Below are positions 35,213 through 44,669 of a DNA stretch of 64,000 bases, piece by piece. The stretch is taken from positions 8,960-72,959 of the forward strand of contig JBBTFS010000016.1 in NCBI GenBank assembly GCA_038060705.1. The letters are read 5' to 3'. Position 1 is the first letter of the stretch. The number at the start of each line of letters is the position of its first letter. Made by a program: the position numbers and the translations under genes. The stretch comes from Gemmatimonadota bacterium (GTDB lineage Bacteria > Gemmatimonadota > Gemmatimonadetes > Gemmatimonadales > Gemmatimonadaceae). Under the pieces are notes generated by a model. That model was not told the origin of the DNA. It did not search any database and saw only the letters and a list, made by a program, of their open reading frames with translations.

Positions 35213-35681
35213 TTGCGCCGGGCAACCGACCAAGGGCAATCGAGATCTCGTCCGGATTGAAGCCCCGGCGTGCCAGGAAGGCGTACAGCCGGCGCCGAGC
35301 CGTTGCTTCCTCCAGCTTTGACAGCGACCGCCACTTCTTCTCAGCGACGCGGTGGATGTTGGCCGCCGGATCGATGCCCTCGTCCTCAGTCATCTTGTCC
35401 ACGGCCGCTTCCGCGTCACTACGGGCGATTCCCTTTCTTCCGAGTTCCTGCACGATGCGCAGACGGGATGCACCGGCGCCGGTGAGCTTTACGCGCGCGA
35501 ACTGACGCGCGAAGTCCGCGTCGTTGAGCAGCCGCTGCTCTAACAGGCGCGCGATGGCCGCCTCTACGTCGGGCGCCGGCTCACCCTTTCGCAGCAACTG
35601 CCGCCGTAGCTCGGAGGTAGATCTGGCGCGGAACGCAATCAAGTTCAGCGCACGATCGTAGGTGGTCTTGGTCTTGGCCAT
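35175..35681 (-). CDS. recX: Recombination regulator RecX
   Basis: MAKTKTTYDRALNLIAFRARSTSELRRQLLRKG… shows three-repeat helical RecX organisation, directly downstream of recA. Start trimmed to ATG 35679-35681. Confidence 0.85.
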   Translation of the reverse strand: MAKTKTTYDRALNLIAFRARSTSELRRQLLRKGEPAPDVEAAIARLLEQRLLNDADFARQFARVKLTGAGASRLRIVQELGRKGIARSDAEAAVDKMTEDEGIDPAANIHRVAEKKWRSLSKLEEATARRRLYAFLARRGFNPDEISIALGRLPGANVRLLDKRQRYS

Positions 35682-35792
35682 CAGTCGCAAAAGCAATAGG
35701 CCAGGGAGCGACACCCAGTCGTGACAGGGTTTCCGGGCCCCATCGCGCGCAAAACGTCTCTCCCCGGCCACATTGGCTGTGCCGGCCGCGCC

Positions 35793-36845
35793 CTACTCCT
35801 CGGCGGCGGGCTCTTCCTCTTCGGCTGTCTTGGGCGCACCCGCGGTAATGCCGAGGATGGCTTTCACCTTCTCTTCGATCTCGGCCATCATCGCGGGATT
35901 GTCCTTGAGGTACATCTTCGCGTTCTCGCGGCCCTGGCCGATCTTCTGGCCATTGTACGCGTACCACGCGCCGGACTTCTCGATGATGTTGGCTTCAGCG
36001 CCGATGTCCACCAGCAGCGACGTGTGGCTGATGCCCTCGGCGTACATGATGTCGAACTCGGCCTGACGGAACGGCGCCGCGACCTTGTTCTTCACGACTT
36101 TGACGCGGACGTGCGAGCCCACGATGTCCTCCTTGTCCTTCACCGGTCCGATGCGCCGGATATCGAGCCGCAGCGAGGCGTAGAACTTGAGGGCCTTGCC
36201 GCCAGTGGTCGTCTCCGGATTGCCGAACATGACGCCGATCTTCTCGCGCAGCTGGTTGATGAAGATCACCGAAGTCCGCGAGCGCGCGATGGCGCCTGTG
36301 AGCTTGCGCAGGGCCTGGCTCATGAGCCGCGCCTGAAGGCCCATGTGGCTGTCGCCCATGTCGCCCTCAATTTCCGCCTTGGGAACCAGCGCGGCCACCG
36401 AGTCGATCACGACGACGTCCACGGCGCCGGAGCGCACCAGGATTTCACAGATTTCCATGGCCTGCTCGCCCGTGTCGGGCTGCGAGATGAGCATCGCGTC
36501 TACGTCCACGCCGAGCTTGCGGGCGTAGTCGACGTCGAGCGCGTGCTCGGCGTCGATGAAGGCCGCCACACCCCCAGTCTTCTGGGCGTTGGCGACGACG
36601 TGCAGCGTGAGCGTCGTCTTACCGCTCGACTCCGGACCGTAGATCTCGGTCACGCGACCGCGCGGGATGCCACCCACGCCGATGGCGGCGTCGAGGTTGA
36701 TGGCGCCGGTCGGGATTGCCTCGACCCGAACCCGGTTCTCCGAGCCCAGCCGCATGATGGACCCTTTGCCGCAGTTCTTTTCGATCTGGGCAATGGCCAG
36801 GTTCAGGGCCTTCTTCTTGTCGTCAGTCATCGTTGAGACTGCCAT
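35793..36845 (-). CDS. recA: Recombinase RecA
   Basis: [25 protein letters not shown]…[20 protein letters not shown]…FIDAEHALD…VVIDSVAAL. Start at ATG 36843-36845 with an AGGGTGG SD-like element 5 nt upstream. Confidence 0.97.
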   Translation of the reverse strand: MAVSTMTDDKKKALNLAIAQIEKNCGKGSIMRLGSENRVRVEAIPTGAINLDAAIGVGGIPRGRVTEIYGPESSGKTTLTLHVVANAQKTGGVAAFIDAEHALDVDYARKLGVDVDAMLISQPDTGEQAMEICEILVRSGAVDVVVIDSVAALVPKAEIEGDMGDSHMGLQARLMSQALRKLTGAIARSRTSVIFINQLREKIGVMFGNPETTTGGKALKFYASLRLDIRRIGPVKDKEDIVGSHVRVKVVKNKVAAPFRQAEFDIMYAEGISHTSLLVDIGAEANIIEKSGAWYAYNGQKIGQGRENAKMYLKDNPAMMAEIEEKVKAILGITAGAPKTAEEEEPAAEE

Positions 36846-36857
36846 GGTACCCACCCT

Positions 36858-36877
36858 GTTCGTTGAAGAGGTTCGTT
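36858..36877 (-). repeat. Direct repeat AACGAAC-N6-AACGAAC (minus-strand reading) in the recA leader, containing GAAC-N9-GAAC
   Basis: Plus strand reads GTTCGTT GAAGAG GTTCGTT at 36858-36877, 13-32 nt upstream of the recA ATG. Confidence 0.45.
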
Positions 36878-36962
36878 CCTGAAAGGCCCGGCTGACCATC
36901 AGACTTGCTCGGAGGCACGTCCAACCCGACTCCCGAAGAAAATACGAAGGTCCTCCGGAAAA

Positions 36963-37334
36963 TCAAGCGGATTTGATGGCAAAGGCGTTTTCGACGTGGC
37001 AAACGCGTACGTCAGAGCCCCGCAACAGCACTCCGACCACGTCGAACCGGTACTGCTCCGCCTGCCGCCCGTGGCGATCGATCCAGACCATGGCAGAGCG
37101 CTCCAATTCCTTCTGTTTGCGCCAGTTAACTGCCTGAACCGGACCGCCGAACTCGCCGCCATGGCGGGCCTTCACTTCGACAAAGGCCACCATCCCGTCC
37201 CGCTCCACCACGAGGTCGATGTCGCGGTGTCCGTTGCGGAACCGGCGCTGCACCACGCGCCACCCCCGCCGCCGAAGCCATCGCTCCGCGATTCGCTCCC
37301 CGAGCTCGCCAAACGCCTGCCTGGCCACTGACAT
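36963..37334 (-). CDS. YraN-family (UPF0102) putative endonuclease
   Basis: GELGERIAERWLRRRGWRVVQRRFRNGHRDIDLVVERDGMVAFVEVKAR is the typical YraN core. Confidence 0.85.
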   Translation of the reverse strand: MSVARQAFGELGERIAERWLRRRGWRVVQRRFRNGHRDIDLVVERDGMVAFVEVKARHGGEFGGPVQAVNWRKQKELERSAMVWIDRHGRQAEQYRFDVVGVLLRGSDVRVCHVENAFAIKSA

Positions 37335-37375
37335 GGCGCCACGATACACACCATGTCGCCGGGACCATCACCGAA

Positions 37376-38131
37376 TCAGCGCGGCTTGGCGCGCAGTATT
37401 GCGCCGGGGTCATCGGAGATGATCGCCGACACACCGCCATGCCACAGCCTCGCGGCTTCGGCGGGATCGTTCACGGTCCAGACGTGCGTGGCGATGCCGC
37501 TTCGCCGGGCAGCTGCCACCATGCGCAGCACCGGAATGGGCACGCCGTTGAATCGTTGTGTCAGCGAGAGCACCGAATAGTCAGGGGATTGCGGCGCAAT
37601 CCCGACCAAGGAAAGGGCCATCGCCATCAGCGCATCGTTTCGAGAGGCGCACGCCGTGAGTCCCGACCGATACAGCCGCGCAACCACCTCGGCGTCGTCC
37701 GAGCCGACCACCACGGTGCCTTGCAGGCCGAACTTGTGCACCAGTTGTTCCGTCGCGGCGCTGACCGCCAGTTCCTTCACGTCCAGCACCATCGGCACGC
37801 CGCGAAAGCGATCGAGCACTTCTTCCAGGGTCGGAACCGCAGCCCGCGCCCCACTCCAGGCGGACGCTCCGCGGCTGGCATCCAGCGTGCGCAGTTCGGC
37901 GAACGTCATTTCCCGAAGCAGTCCGCGGCCCGAGGTGGTGCGATCCACGGTTTCGTCGTGCATCAGTACCGGCACCCCGTCACGCGTGACGCGGACGTCG
38001 ACCTCGAACGCATCCGCGCCCGCTTCAACGGCCCGCGTCAGGCCCTCGATGGTGTTCTCGGGAGCGTGAGCACGATCGCCGCGATGGCCGATGACCATTC
38101 GGGCGTTCGCGTCGGCGAGCGGGTGCGCCAT
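37376..38131 (-). CDS. Glycerophosphodiester phosphodiesterase family protein
   Basis: IGHRGDRAHAPENTIEG…AFEVDVRVTRDGVPVLMHDETVDRTT (GDPD HR(G)…E.D…H.D motifs). Confidence 0.85.
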   Translation of the reverse strand: MAHPLADANARMVIGHRGDRAHAPENTIEGLTRAVEAGADAFEVDVRVTRDGVPVLMHDETVDRTTSGRGLLREMTFAELRTLDASRGASAWSGARAAVPTLEEVLDRFRGVPMVLDVKELAVSAATEQLVHKFGLQGTVVVGSDDAEVVARLYRSGLTACASRNDALMAMALSLVGIAPQSPDYSVLSLTQRFNGVPIPVLRMVAAARRSGIATHVWTVNDPAEAARLWHGGVSAIISDDPGAILRAKPR

Positions 38132-38908
38132 TTACTGCTCCGTCGTCGGCTGAGGACGCAGGCGGTACTCGAGGATCGCTCCCACGTGCGAAGGCAACAA
38201 CATCCGCACGCGCAAGACCTCGGCGGTCTCGCGGTCGACCCAGGCGCGCGACTCCTTCGCACCCGCTCGCATCGCCAGGACCCAACACGGGCGTGCCGGT
38301 GCCTCCGGCGTCACGACCACCGAGTCCTCGCCAGACACGAACACCTCTGACGGCTCGACGGCGGCGCCGGACACGCTCATCACGAGTGCGCTTGCCGAGT
38401 CCGCCCAGTCCGGCGCAAGCGGCAAGAGGGCCGCGAGCATTTCGGCCACTGCCCACGAAACGACCAGGTCCGGCGGGATCGCGAGCGTCATGTGATTAGT
38501 GGCGTCGCCGATCCGGATCGTTCCGGTCATCGAGTCGGCCGAGAACAACATGTCGAGCGTCGCACCTCCGACCGTGGATCGCCAGCGGAGCGGGCGAAGA
38601 TCCGACGCCAGCAGAATCGAATCCACTGAACTCACGACACCGGAACGCGACTCGACGAGCATCCAGTCGCCGGTGGAGTCCGCGATCATCGCCTCGACGA
38701 GCGTCACGCCGCGCGTCCCGATCGACACGACGGAGTCGCCCGTGATCACCACCATGTCGTACACGCGGTGAAACCGTTGCACCCGCGCGTAGTCCAGACC
38801 AAGGATGTGCCGGACGAGAGGAATCGCGTCCCCGGTCTGCGCGACCGAGACTGACGACACGGTTACCAGCGCGGCCAGCAGTCCCGCCGCGCGACCCCGC
38901 GCGATCAC
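38132..38908 (-). CDS. Hypothetical secreted protein
   Basis: 258 aa. Signal-like N-terminus MIARGRAAGLLAALVTVSSVSVAQT. I recognise no motif. GTGA overlap with the ftsK stop and zero-nt gap to the downstream gene. Confidence 0.55.
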   Translation of the reverse strand: MIARGRAAGLLAALVTVSSVSVAQTGDAIPLVRHILGLDYARVQRFHRVYDMVVITGDSVVSIGTRGVTLVEAMIADSTGDWMLVESRSGVVSSVDSILLASDLRPLRWRSTVGGATLDMLFSADSMTGTIRIGDATNHMTLAIPPDLVVSWAVAEMLAALLPLAPDWADSASALVMSVSGAAVEPSEVFVSGEDSVVVTPEAPARPCWVLAMRAGAKESRAWVDRETAEVLRVRMLLPSHVGAILEYRLRPQPTTEQ

Positions 38909-41268
38909 GAACGTGGACCGCAGATCCGGTCCAGGTCCTCGAGACCCACGAGTACGTCCCGCGGCTTCGAGCCGTCCGGTGGCCCCAGAATCCCCGCGCT
39001 GTTGAGTTGATCAATGATGCGCGCCGCGCGCCCGTAGCCGACCTTGAGCCGGCGCTGCAGCAGCGACGTGGACCCCTGCTGGTGCTGGATCACGGTTTCG
39101 GCAGCCTCGCGGAAGAGCTTGTCTCGGTCACCCGGATCCGAGGCGTCGCCGCCGCCGTCGGCCGCCGCCGCTTCCATTGCTTCGCGCTCGCGCACCTTGG
39201 CGATGATGTCTTCCTCGGCATCGAGCGGCTCGATGAAGCTCATGCCGCGCGCTTCGTACGCCACCTTCTTGGCCGCCCGGCGATCGTCGAACCACTTGAT
39301 GAGGCGCTCCGTCTCCTCGCTTGAGATGTACGCGCCCTGCATCCGCGCCGGCTCGGACTTGGCCGGCGGAATGAAGAGCATGTCGCCATTGCCGAGCAAG
39401 GTCTCCGCGCCGGCACCGTCGATGATCGTACGGCTGTCCACCTGAGACGCAACGCGGAACGCGATGCGGCTGGGAAAGTTCGCCTTGATGAGACCGGTGA
39501 TGACGTTCACGCTGGGACGCTGCGTCGCGAGAATCATGTGGATGCCGATGGCGCGCGCCTTTTGTGCCAGCATGGCAATCGGCGTCTCCACTTCGCTTTG
39601 CACCGTCATCATCAGATCCGCCATTTCGTCGATGACGACCACGATGTACGGCAGGATGTTGCCCGTGTACGTCAGGTCTTCAAAGGCGACTTCCTTGTTC
39701 TTCTGGCGCTTGAGCGGCGCGTCGTCCTGTACCCGGCGGTTGAAGTCCTGAATGTTGCGGCACGCGTTGGCGGCCAGCAGCTCGTACCGGTCCTGCATTT
39801 CAAGGACGGCCCACTTGAGCACCGCCGCCGCGTCGTGGTTGTCGGTGACGACCTTGTGCCGCAAATGCGGGAGCGTGTTGTATACCGACAGCTCCACCAT
39901 CTTGGGATCCACCATCAGGAGGCGCAGCGTCTTGGGCGTGTGACGGTACACGAGGCTCGTGACGATCGTGTTCACGCACACCGACTTGCCTGAGCCCGTG
40001 GCGCCCGCGATCAGCAAGTGCGGCATCTTGGCCAGGTCGGCGACCACCGGCTTGCCCTCGAGATCCTTGCCGATGGCGATCGGCAGTGCAGCGCGGGCGC
40101 TCGTGAAATCGCGCGTCTCCAGCAGTTCGCGGAACGAAACGATCTCGGGATTGGGATTCGGCACTTCGACACCCACCGCGCCGCGGCCAGGAATCGGCGC
40201 AACGATGCGAATACTCGCCGCCCGCATCGCCAGGGCGAGGTCGTTGGAGAGGCTCGCGATCTGACGCACCTTCACACCAGGCGCGGGCTCGATCTCGAAT
40301 TGCGTCACCGCTGGTCCCGTGGTGCGCCCGACGAGCAGTCCCTCGATGCGGAACGTGCGCAGCGCTTCCATGAGCTTGAGGCCCATGGCATCAAGTTCGG
40401 CCTTGCCCGTGTCGCCGTAGCGCTCCGGCACTTCGTTCATCAGGTCCGTGGGCGGCAACTCGTCACCCAGCGCGTCGGTATCGAAGGCGCCCGCGGCGGC
40501 AACCGCGGCCAGAGCGCCCGTCTCCCCCGGCACTTCGGCCTTCGGTTTCTTCTTCCTAGCTTTGCGCGGAGCGTCGGACACCGCATCCGAAGGCGAGTCA
40601 TCCACCAGCGCAATCCCCGGCATCTCTTCCGGCGACGGCTCGAGCCGGAGTGCGTCAGCCGCGCCGGGCCCGACCGGGCGCGGTTCGCGTGGAGCGCGCT
40701 GCTTCGGCGCGGAGTCTGCCGCGGGCGCGGACGGTGTGCCCGGTGTGCCCGGTACGGCTGCGACCGCGCCACGCCCGATCAGCGCGCGAATCGGATTCCA
40801 TGCGAGCGTCGCGGCCATCAGCGCCGAGGCGCCGAGAATCCACAGAAGCCAGGCGCCGATTCCGCCAAGCCACTTGAGCCAATAGAACGCGACGAACGAA
40901 CCCCAGATCCCGGCCGCGCGACTCTCGGCGCCGACTTCAGGCCGGGTGACCAGGGCCACTCCAATCGGCACAAGCGCCACGACGCCGGCGAAGAACCTCA
41001 TCCACTTGCGATCGGTCTCCGACTCCAAGCGGCCGAACACTCGCAGCGCGTGAACCGCGGGCGCGAGCGGAGCCATGAGTGCCGCGGGCCAGCCGACAAA
41101 CATCACGAGATACGCGAACAACTGCCCCACGGGTCCGATGCTCTCCCGCACATTCACGCCGCCGCGCAGCTGCGCCCACGCCAACACGCCGAGTGCGCCT
41201 GCCAGAAACAGCGCAAACAACAGCAACGCGATGCCCGTGAGCTCGCGCTTGAGGGTTTCGTGGCTCAC
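38905..41268 (-). CDS. ftsK: DNA translocase FtsK/SpoIIIE
   Basis: 787 aa. N-terminal TM segments, Pro/Ala-rich linker, motor domain PHLLIAGATGSGKSVCVN…VVVIDEMADLMM…ATQRPSV, and a C-terminal gamma winged helix (STSLLQRRLKVGYGRAARIIDQL). Confidence 0.95.
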   Translation of the reverse strand: MSHETLKRELTGIALLLFALFLAGALGVLAWAQLRGGVNVRESIGPVGQLFAYLVMFVGWPAALMAPLAPAVHALRVFGRLESETDRKWMRFFAGVVALVPIGVALVTRPEVGAESRAAGIWGSFVAFYWLKWLGGIGAWLLWILGASALMAATLAWNPIRALIGRGAVAAVPGTPGTPSAPAADSAPKQRAPREPRPVGPGAADALRLEPSPEEMPGIALVDDSPSDAVSDAPRKARKKKPKAEVPGETGALAAVAAAGAFDTDALGDELPPTDLMNEVPERYGDTGKAELDAMGLKLMEALRTFRIEGLLVGRTTGPAVTQFEIEPAPGVKVRQIASLSNDLALAMRAASIRIVAPIPGRGAVGVEVPNPNPEIVSFRELLETRDFTSARAALPIAIGKDLEGKPVVADLAKMPHLLIAGATGSGKSVCVNTIVTSLVYRHTPKTLRLLMVDPKMVELSVYNTLPHLRHKVVTDNHDAAAVLKWAVLEMQDRYELLAANACRNIQDFNRRVQDDAPLKRQKNKEVAFEDLTYTGNILPYIVVVIDEMADLMMTVQSEVETPIAMLAQKARAIGIHMILATQRPSVNVITGLIKANFPSRIAFRVASQVDSRTIIDGAGAETLLGNGDMLFIPPAKSEPARMQGAYISSEETERLIKWFDDRRAAKKVAYEARGMSFIEPLDAEEDIIAKVREREAMEAAAADGGGDASDPGDRDKLFREAAETVIQHQQGSTSLLQRRLKVGYGRAARIIDQLNSAGILGPPDGSKPRDVLVGLEDLDRICGPRS

Positions 41269-41277
41269 GGTGCGCGC

Positions 41278-42024
41278 CTAGCGCGACCGCTCGGCCGCGA
41301 CCTTCGTGATCTGTCGATCCTGGTACACCGGAAGCACACCGTACGCATTCAGTTCGGCGCACGCGGCCAAGTCCGCTTCGAATCCGGCCGCGGCGAGAGT
41401 TTGTCCGTGCGAAGACGCTTTGAACAACCGCTTCAGGTTGGTGCCGTACTTCTTGTTGAGCACCATCGCGGCCTGCGCAGCGTCGTTCACTTCCGTCTTC
41501 GTGTGCTTCGCCGTGATGTGCTGAAGGAACAGTCCGGCGCAGGCTGCGTCTTCCAGCGAGAACTGCCGGTCCTGGCCGGCGCACACGATCGCGACGTCGG
41601 TGCCGGCGCGCAGCGCCGTCCGCAACATGCCGAGCGCCGCCGAAAAATTCACATAGGACGCGACGATGATGTCCTTGGCGCCCTGCACCGACAGAATCGC
41701 CGCGGTGCCATTCGTCGTGCTCATGAGGACGGTCTTGCCTTCCACCGCCTCACGCGTGAACTCGGCTGGTGAGTTGCCGAAATCGAAGCCGGGAATGGGC
41801 TGCGACTTGCGTTCCCCCGCGAGGCGCACTGCGCTGCGGCCCAGCGACTTGCCGCGATTGGCCACTTCCTCGGAGCTGGCCAGCGGAATGACCGCGCGCG
41901 CGCCGTTGGCAAGGGCCACCGCGATGCTCGTCGAGGCGCGCAGCACGTCCACCACGGCGACGACCCGGCTGTTCACGTCCGCCGGGTTCATCAGCGAAGG
42001 GGCGAAGAATACGTCGGCGCGCAT
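41278..42024 (-). CDS. 2-phosphosulfolactate phosphatase (ComB) family protein
   Basis: 248 aa. VVAVVDVLRASTSIAVALANGA…NGT… pattern typical of the ComB family. The physiological role in bacteria is mostly unknown. Confidence 0.7.
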   Translation of the reverse strand: MRADVFFAPSLMNPADVNSRVVAVVDVLRASTSIAVALANGARAVIPLASSEEVANRGKSLGRSAVRLAGERKSQPIPGFDFGNSPAEFTREAVEGKTVLMSTTNGTAAILSVQGAKDIIVASYVNFSAALGMLRTALRAGTDVAIVCAGQDRQFSLEDAACAGLFLQHITAKHTKTEVNDAAQAAMVLNKKYGTNLKRLFKASSHGQTLAAAGFEADLAACAELNAYGVLPVYQDRQITKVAAERSR

Positions 42025-43388
42025 CAGGCAGTCTCTCTGAGATCCTTGAACAATTCGGGCTCACGTTCCAGAAACTTCGTGTCCACCTCGCCGCGCATGA
42101 ACCGGTCGTTCATCATGACGCGCGCAAGGAACGGAATAGTAGTGGTGACTCCTTCCACCACGAAGCACTCCAGCGCCACGCGCATGCGCGCCAACGCCTC
42201 GGCGCGATCGCGACCCTGCACAATGAGCTTGGCCAGCAGCGAATCGTAGTATGGCGGCACGACATAGCCGGCGTACACGTGTGAGTCCAGCCGAACGCCG
42301 GCACCACCCGGCGGGTGGAACGCCGTGATCTTGCCCGGCGACGGCTGAAAGTTGCGCGACGGATCTTCGGCGTTCACGCGGCACTCGATGACGTGCCCGC
42401 GCAGCGGCGGCATCGACTGAATGGACATTTTCTCACCGGCCGCCACGCGTATCTGCTCCTTCACGAGATCCACGCCCGTGAGCATCTCGGTCACCGGATG
42501 CTCCACTTGAATGCGCGTGTTCATCTCCATGAAGTAGTACGAGCCGTCGGTGTCCAGCAGCATTTCGATCGTGCCCGCGCCCACGTAGTCGATCGCTTTC
42601 GCTCCGGCGACCGCATCCCTGCCCATGGCTTCGCGCAGCTCGGGCGTCACCGCGGGACTGGGCGCCTCCTCGATCAGCTTTTGGTGACGGCGCTGCACCG
42701 AACAATCGCGTTCTCCGAGGTGGATCACGGTACCATGTTTGTCACCGAGGATCTGAAACTCGATGTGCCGGGGCCGCTCGAGGTACTTCTCGACGTACAC
42801 GTCGCCGTTGCCGAAGGCGGAGAGCGCCTCCGAGCGTGCCAGCTGGAATGAGCGGGCGAAGTCGTCGACGTCGCGAGCGACACGCATGCCCTTCCCGCCG
42901 CCGCCGGCCGACGCCTTGATGATGACGGGGAACCCAACGCTCTTGGCGAATTCGAGTGCCGCCTCGGGATCGTCGACCGGTCCCGGTGTTCCGGGCACGA
43001 CCGGGACGCCGACCTTGATCATCGCCTCGCGCGCCGCGGCTTTGTTGCCCATGACACGGATCTGCTCGGGCGTTGGACCAATGAACGTGATGTTCGACGC
43101 CGCGCACGTCTCGGCGAACTCGGCGTTCTCGGCGAGGAATCCGTAGCCCGGATGGATGGCGTCGGCGCCGGTGATCTCGGCAGCCGCGATGAGCCGCGGA
43201 ATGCGCAGGTAGGAATCGCGGGACGGCGCCGGGCCGATACACACGTCATCGTCCGCGAAACGGACGTGCAGCGATTCCCGGTCCGGCTCCGAGAACACGG
43301 CGACGGTCTCGATGCCCAGCTCCCGACACGCGCGAATGACCCGGAGCGCGATTTCTCCGCGATTGGCAATAAGGACTTTCTTGAACAT
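42024..43388 (-). CDS. accC: Acetyl-CoA carboxylase biotin carboxylase subunit
   Basis: [26 protein letters not shown]…ATP-grasp GGGGKGMRV…[14 protein letters not shown]. Confidence 0.97.
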   Translation of the reverse strand: MFKKVLIANRGEIALRVIRACRELGIETVAVFSEPDRESLHVRFADDDVCIGPAPSRDSYLRIPRLIAAAEITGADAIHPGYGFLAENAEFAETCAASNITFIGPTPEQIRVMGNKAAAREAMIKVGVPVVPGTPGPVDDPEAALEFAKSVGFPVIIKASAGGGGKGMRVARDVDDFARSFQLARSEALSAFGNGDVYVEKYLERPRHIEFQILGDKHGTVIHLGERDCSVQRRHQKLIEEAPSPAVTPELREAMGRDAVAGAKAIDYVGAGTIEMLLDTDGSYYFMEMNTRIQVEHPVTEMLTGVDLVKEQIRVAAGEKMSIQSMPPLRGHVIECRVNAEDPSRNFQPSPGKITAFHPPGGAGVRLDSHVYAGYVVPPYYDSLLAKLIVQGRDRAEALARMRVALECFVVEGVTTTIPFLARVMMNDRFMRGEVDTKFLEREPELFKDLRETA

Positions 43389-43409
43389 GCCGGTGCCGCG
43401 CGCCTCTGC

Positions 43410-44669
43410 CTACTTCTTCTCGAAGGAGTTCCAGCTCTGATCGCTCGTGCCGGCCACGCCCTGGATGCGCAACGCGAACTCGGCAGGACTCGTGGCATAG
43501 AAGAGCGCACTCTCATAGGAGATGGTGCCCTTTTTGTACCACTGCATCAGCGACTGATCGAAGGACTGCATCCCGTATTGAACCTGGCCTTCCTTGATCA
43601 AGTCCGGAATGTTGAGCGCCTTCTCCATGTCGCGAATCTGGTCGCGCACCGCCGCCGTGTTGATGAGGACCTCGACCGCGGCGATGCGCCCGCCCTTGTC
43701 CGCCCGCGGCACCAGTCGCTGCGACACCACGGCCTGCAGCGCGTTGGCCAGCGAGAAGCGCACCTCCGCCTGTTGATGCGGCGGGTAGAACGACAACACG
43801 CGCTGGATGGTCTGGGTCGCGTCGGTCGTGTGCAGCGTCGAGAAGACCAGGTGGCCCGTGTCTGCCGCCTTGAGCGCCGCGTCCAGCGTTTCCAGGTCGC
43901 GGATTTCACCGATGAGGATGACGTCCGGATCCTGCCGCAACACGCGTCGCAGCCCTTGGGGAAACGACGTCGTGTCCGTGCCGATCTCGCGCTGGTTGAT
44001 GTGACAGTTGACGTCGCGGTGCAGGAACTCGATCGGGTCTTCGAGCGTGATGATGTTGGCCTTGTGATTCTGATTGATGTGCTGGATCATCGCGGCCAAC
44101 GTCGTCGACTTGCCGGAGCCTGTGACGCCCGTGACCAATACAAGACCGCGGGGCTTGAGCGCGATCTCCTCCAACACTTTGGGGAGTTCCAGTTCCGCCA
44201 ACGTTCGCGCGAGGTACGGGATTGCCCGCATGGCATAGCACAGCGAGCCGCGCTGCTGGTACAGGTTGACGCGGAACCGGCCGATGCCAGGCACGCCGAT
44301 GGCGAAATCGCACTCCTTCTCATCCGTGAACTGCTTCACCTGCTTCGGATTCATCAACTGCTCGGCCAGCCCCTTCAGTTCCTCCGGCTTGAGGGCGCTG
44401 AACTCGAGCGGCATCAGGTCACCGTTCACGCGAATGGTCGGTGGGCGTCCGACCTTGAGATGCAGGTCTGAGCCGCCCAACTGCGTCAGTTGCTGGAGCA
44501 CCGTCTTGAAGTCAAACGGCGGGCCTGACGCTTCGTCCGCACCCGCCGTGACCACCGTTGCTGTTGCCGCTGCCGCTGCCGCTGGAGCCGCGGCCGGCGC
44601 GGGCGCTGCCGGCACCGCCGGCTTCGTGAATTTTGCCGGACCGACGGGCGGTTTCGGCGCGCTAGCCAT
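43410..44669 (-). CDS. PilT-family type IV pilus retraction ATPase-like protein with an Ala/Pro-rich N-terminal extension
   Basis: GASDLHL-type N-domain (GGSDLHLKVGRPP), Walker A GVTGSGKSTTL, Walker B DVILIGEIRD, His box GHLVFSTLHT. ATG 44667-44669 overlaps the accB stop by 8 nt; alternative GTG start at 44555. Confidence 0.85.
   Translation of the reverse strand: MASAPKPPVGPAKFTKPAVPAAPAPAAAPAAAAAATATVVTAGADEASGPPFDFKTVLQQLTQLGGSDLHLKVGRPPTIRVNGDLMPLEFSALKPEELKGLAEQLMNPKQVKQFTDEKECDFAIGVPGIGRFRVNLYQQRGSLCYAMRAIPYLARTLAELELPKVLEEIALKPRGLVLVTGVTGSGKSTTLAAMIQHINQNHKANIITLEDPIEFLHRDVNCHINQREIGTDTTSFPQGLRRVLRQDPDVILIGEIRDLETLDAALKAADTGHLVFSTLHTTDATQTIQRVLSFYPPHQQAEVRFSLANALQAVVSQRLVPRADKGGRIAAVEVLINTAAVRDQIRDMEKALNIPDLIKEGQVQYGMQSFDQSLMQWYKKGTISYESALFYATSPAEFALRIQGVAGTSDQSWNSFEKK

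Noticed and set aside
40018-41772. 584-aa plus-strand ORF
   Set aside because: Antisense to ftsK and comB; Arg-rich with no domain signatures.
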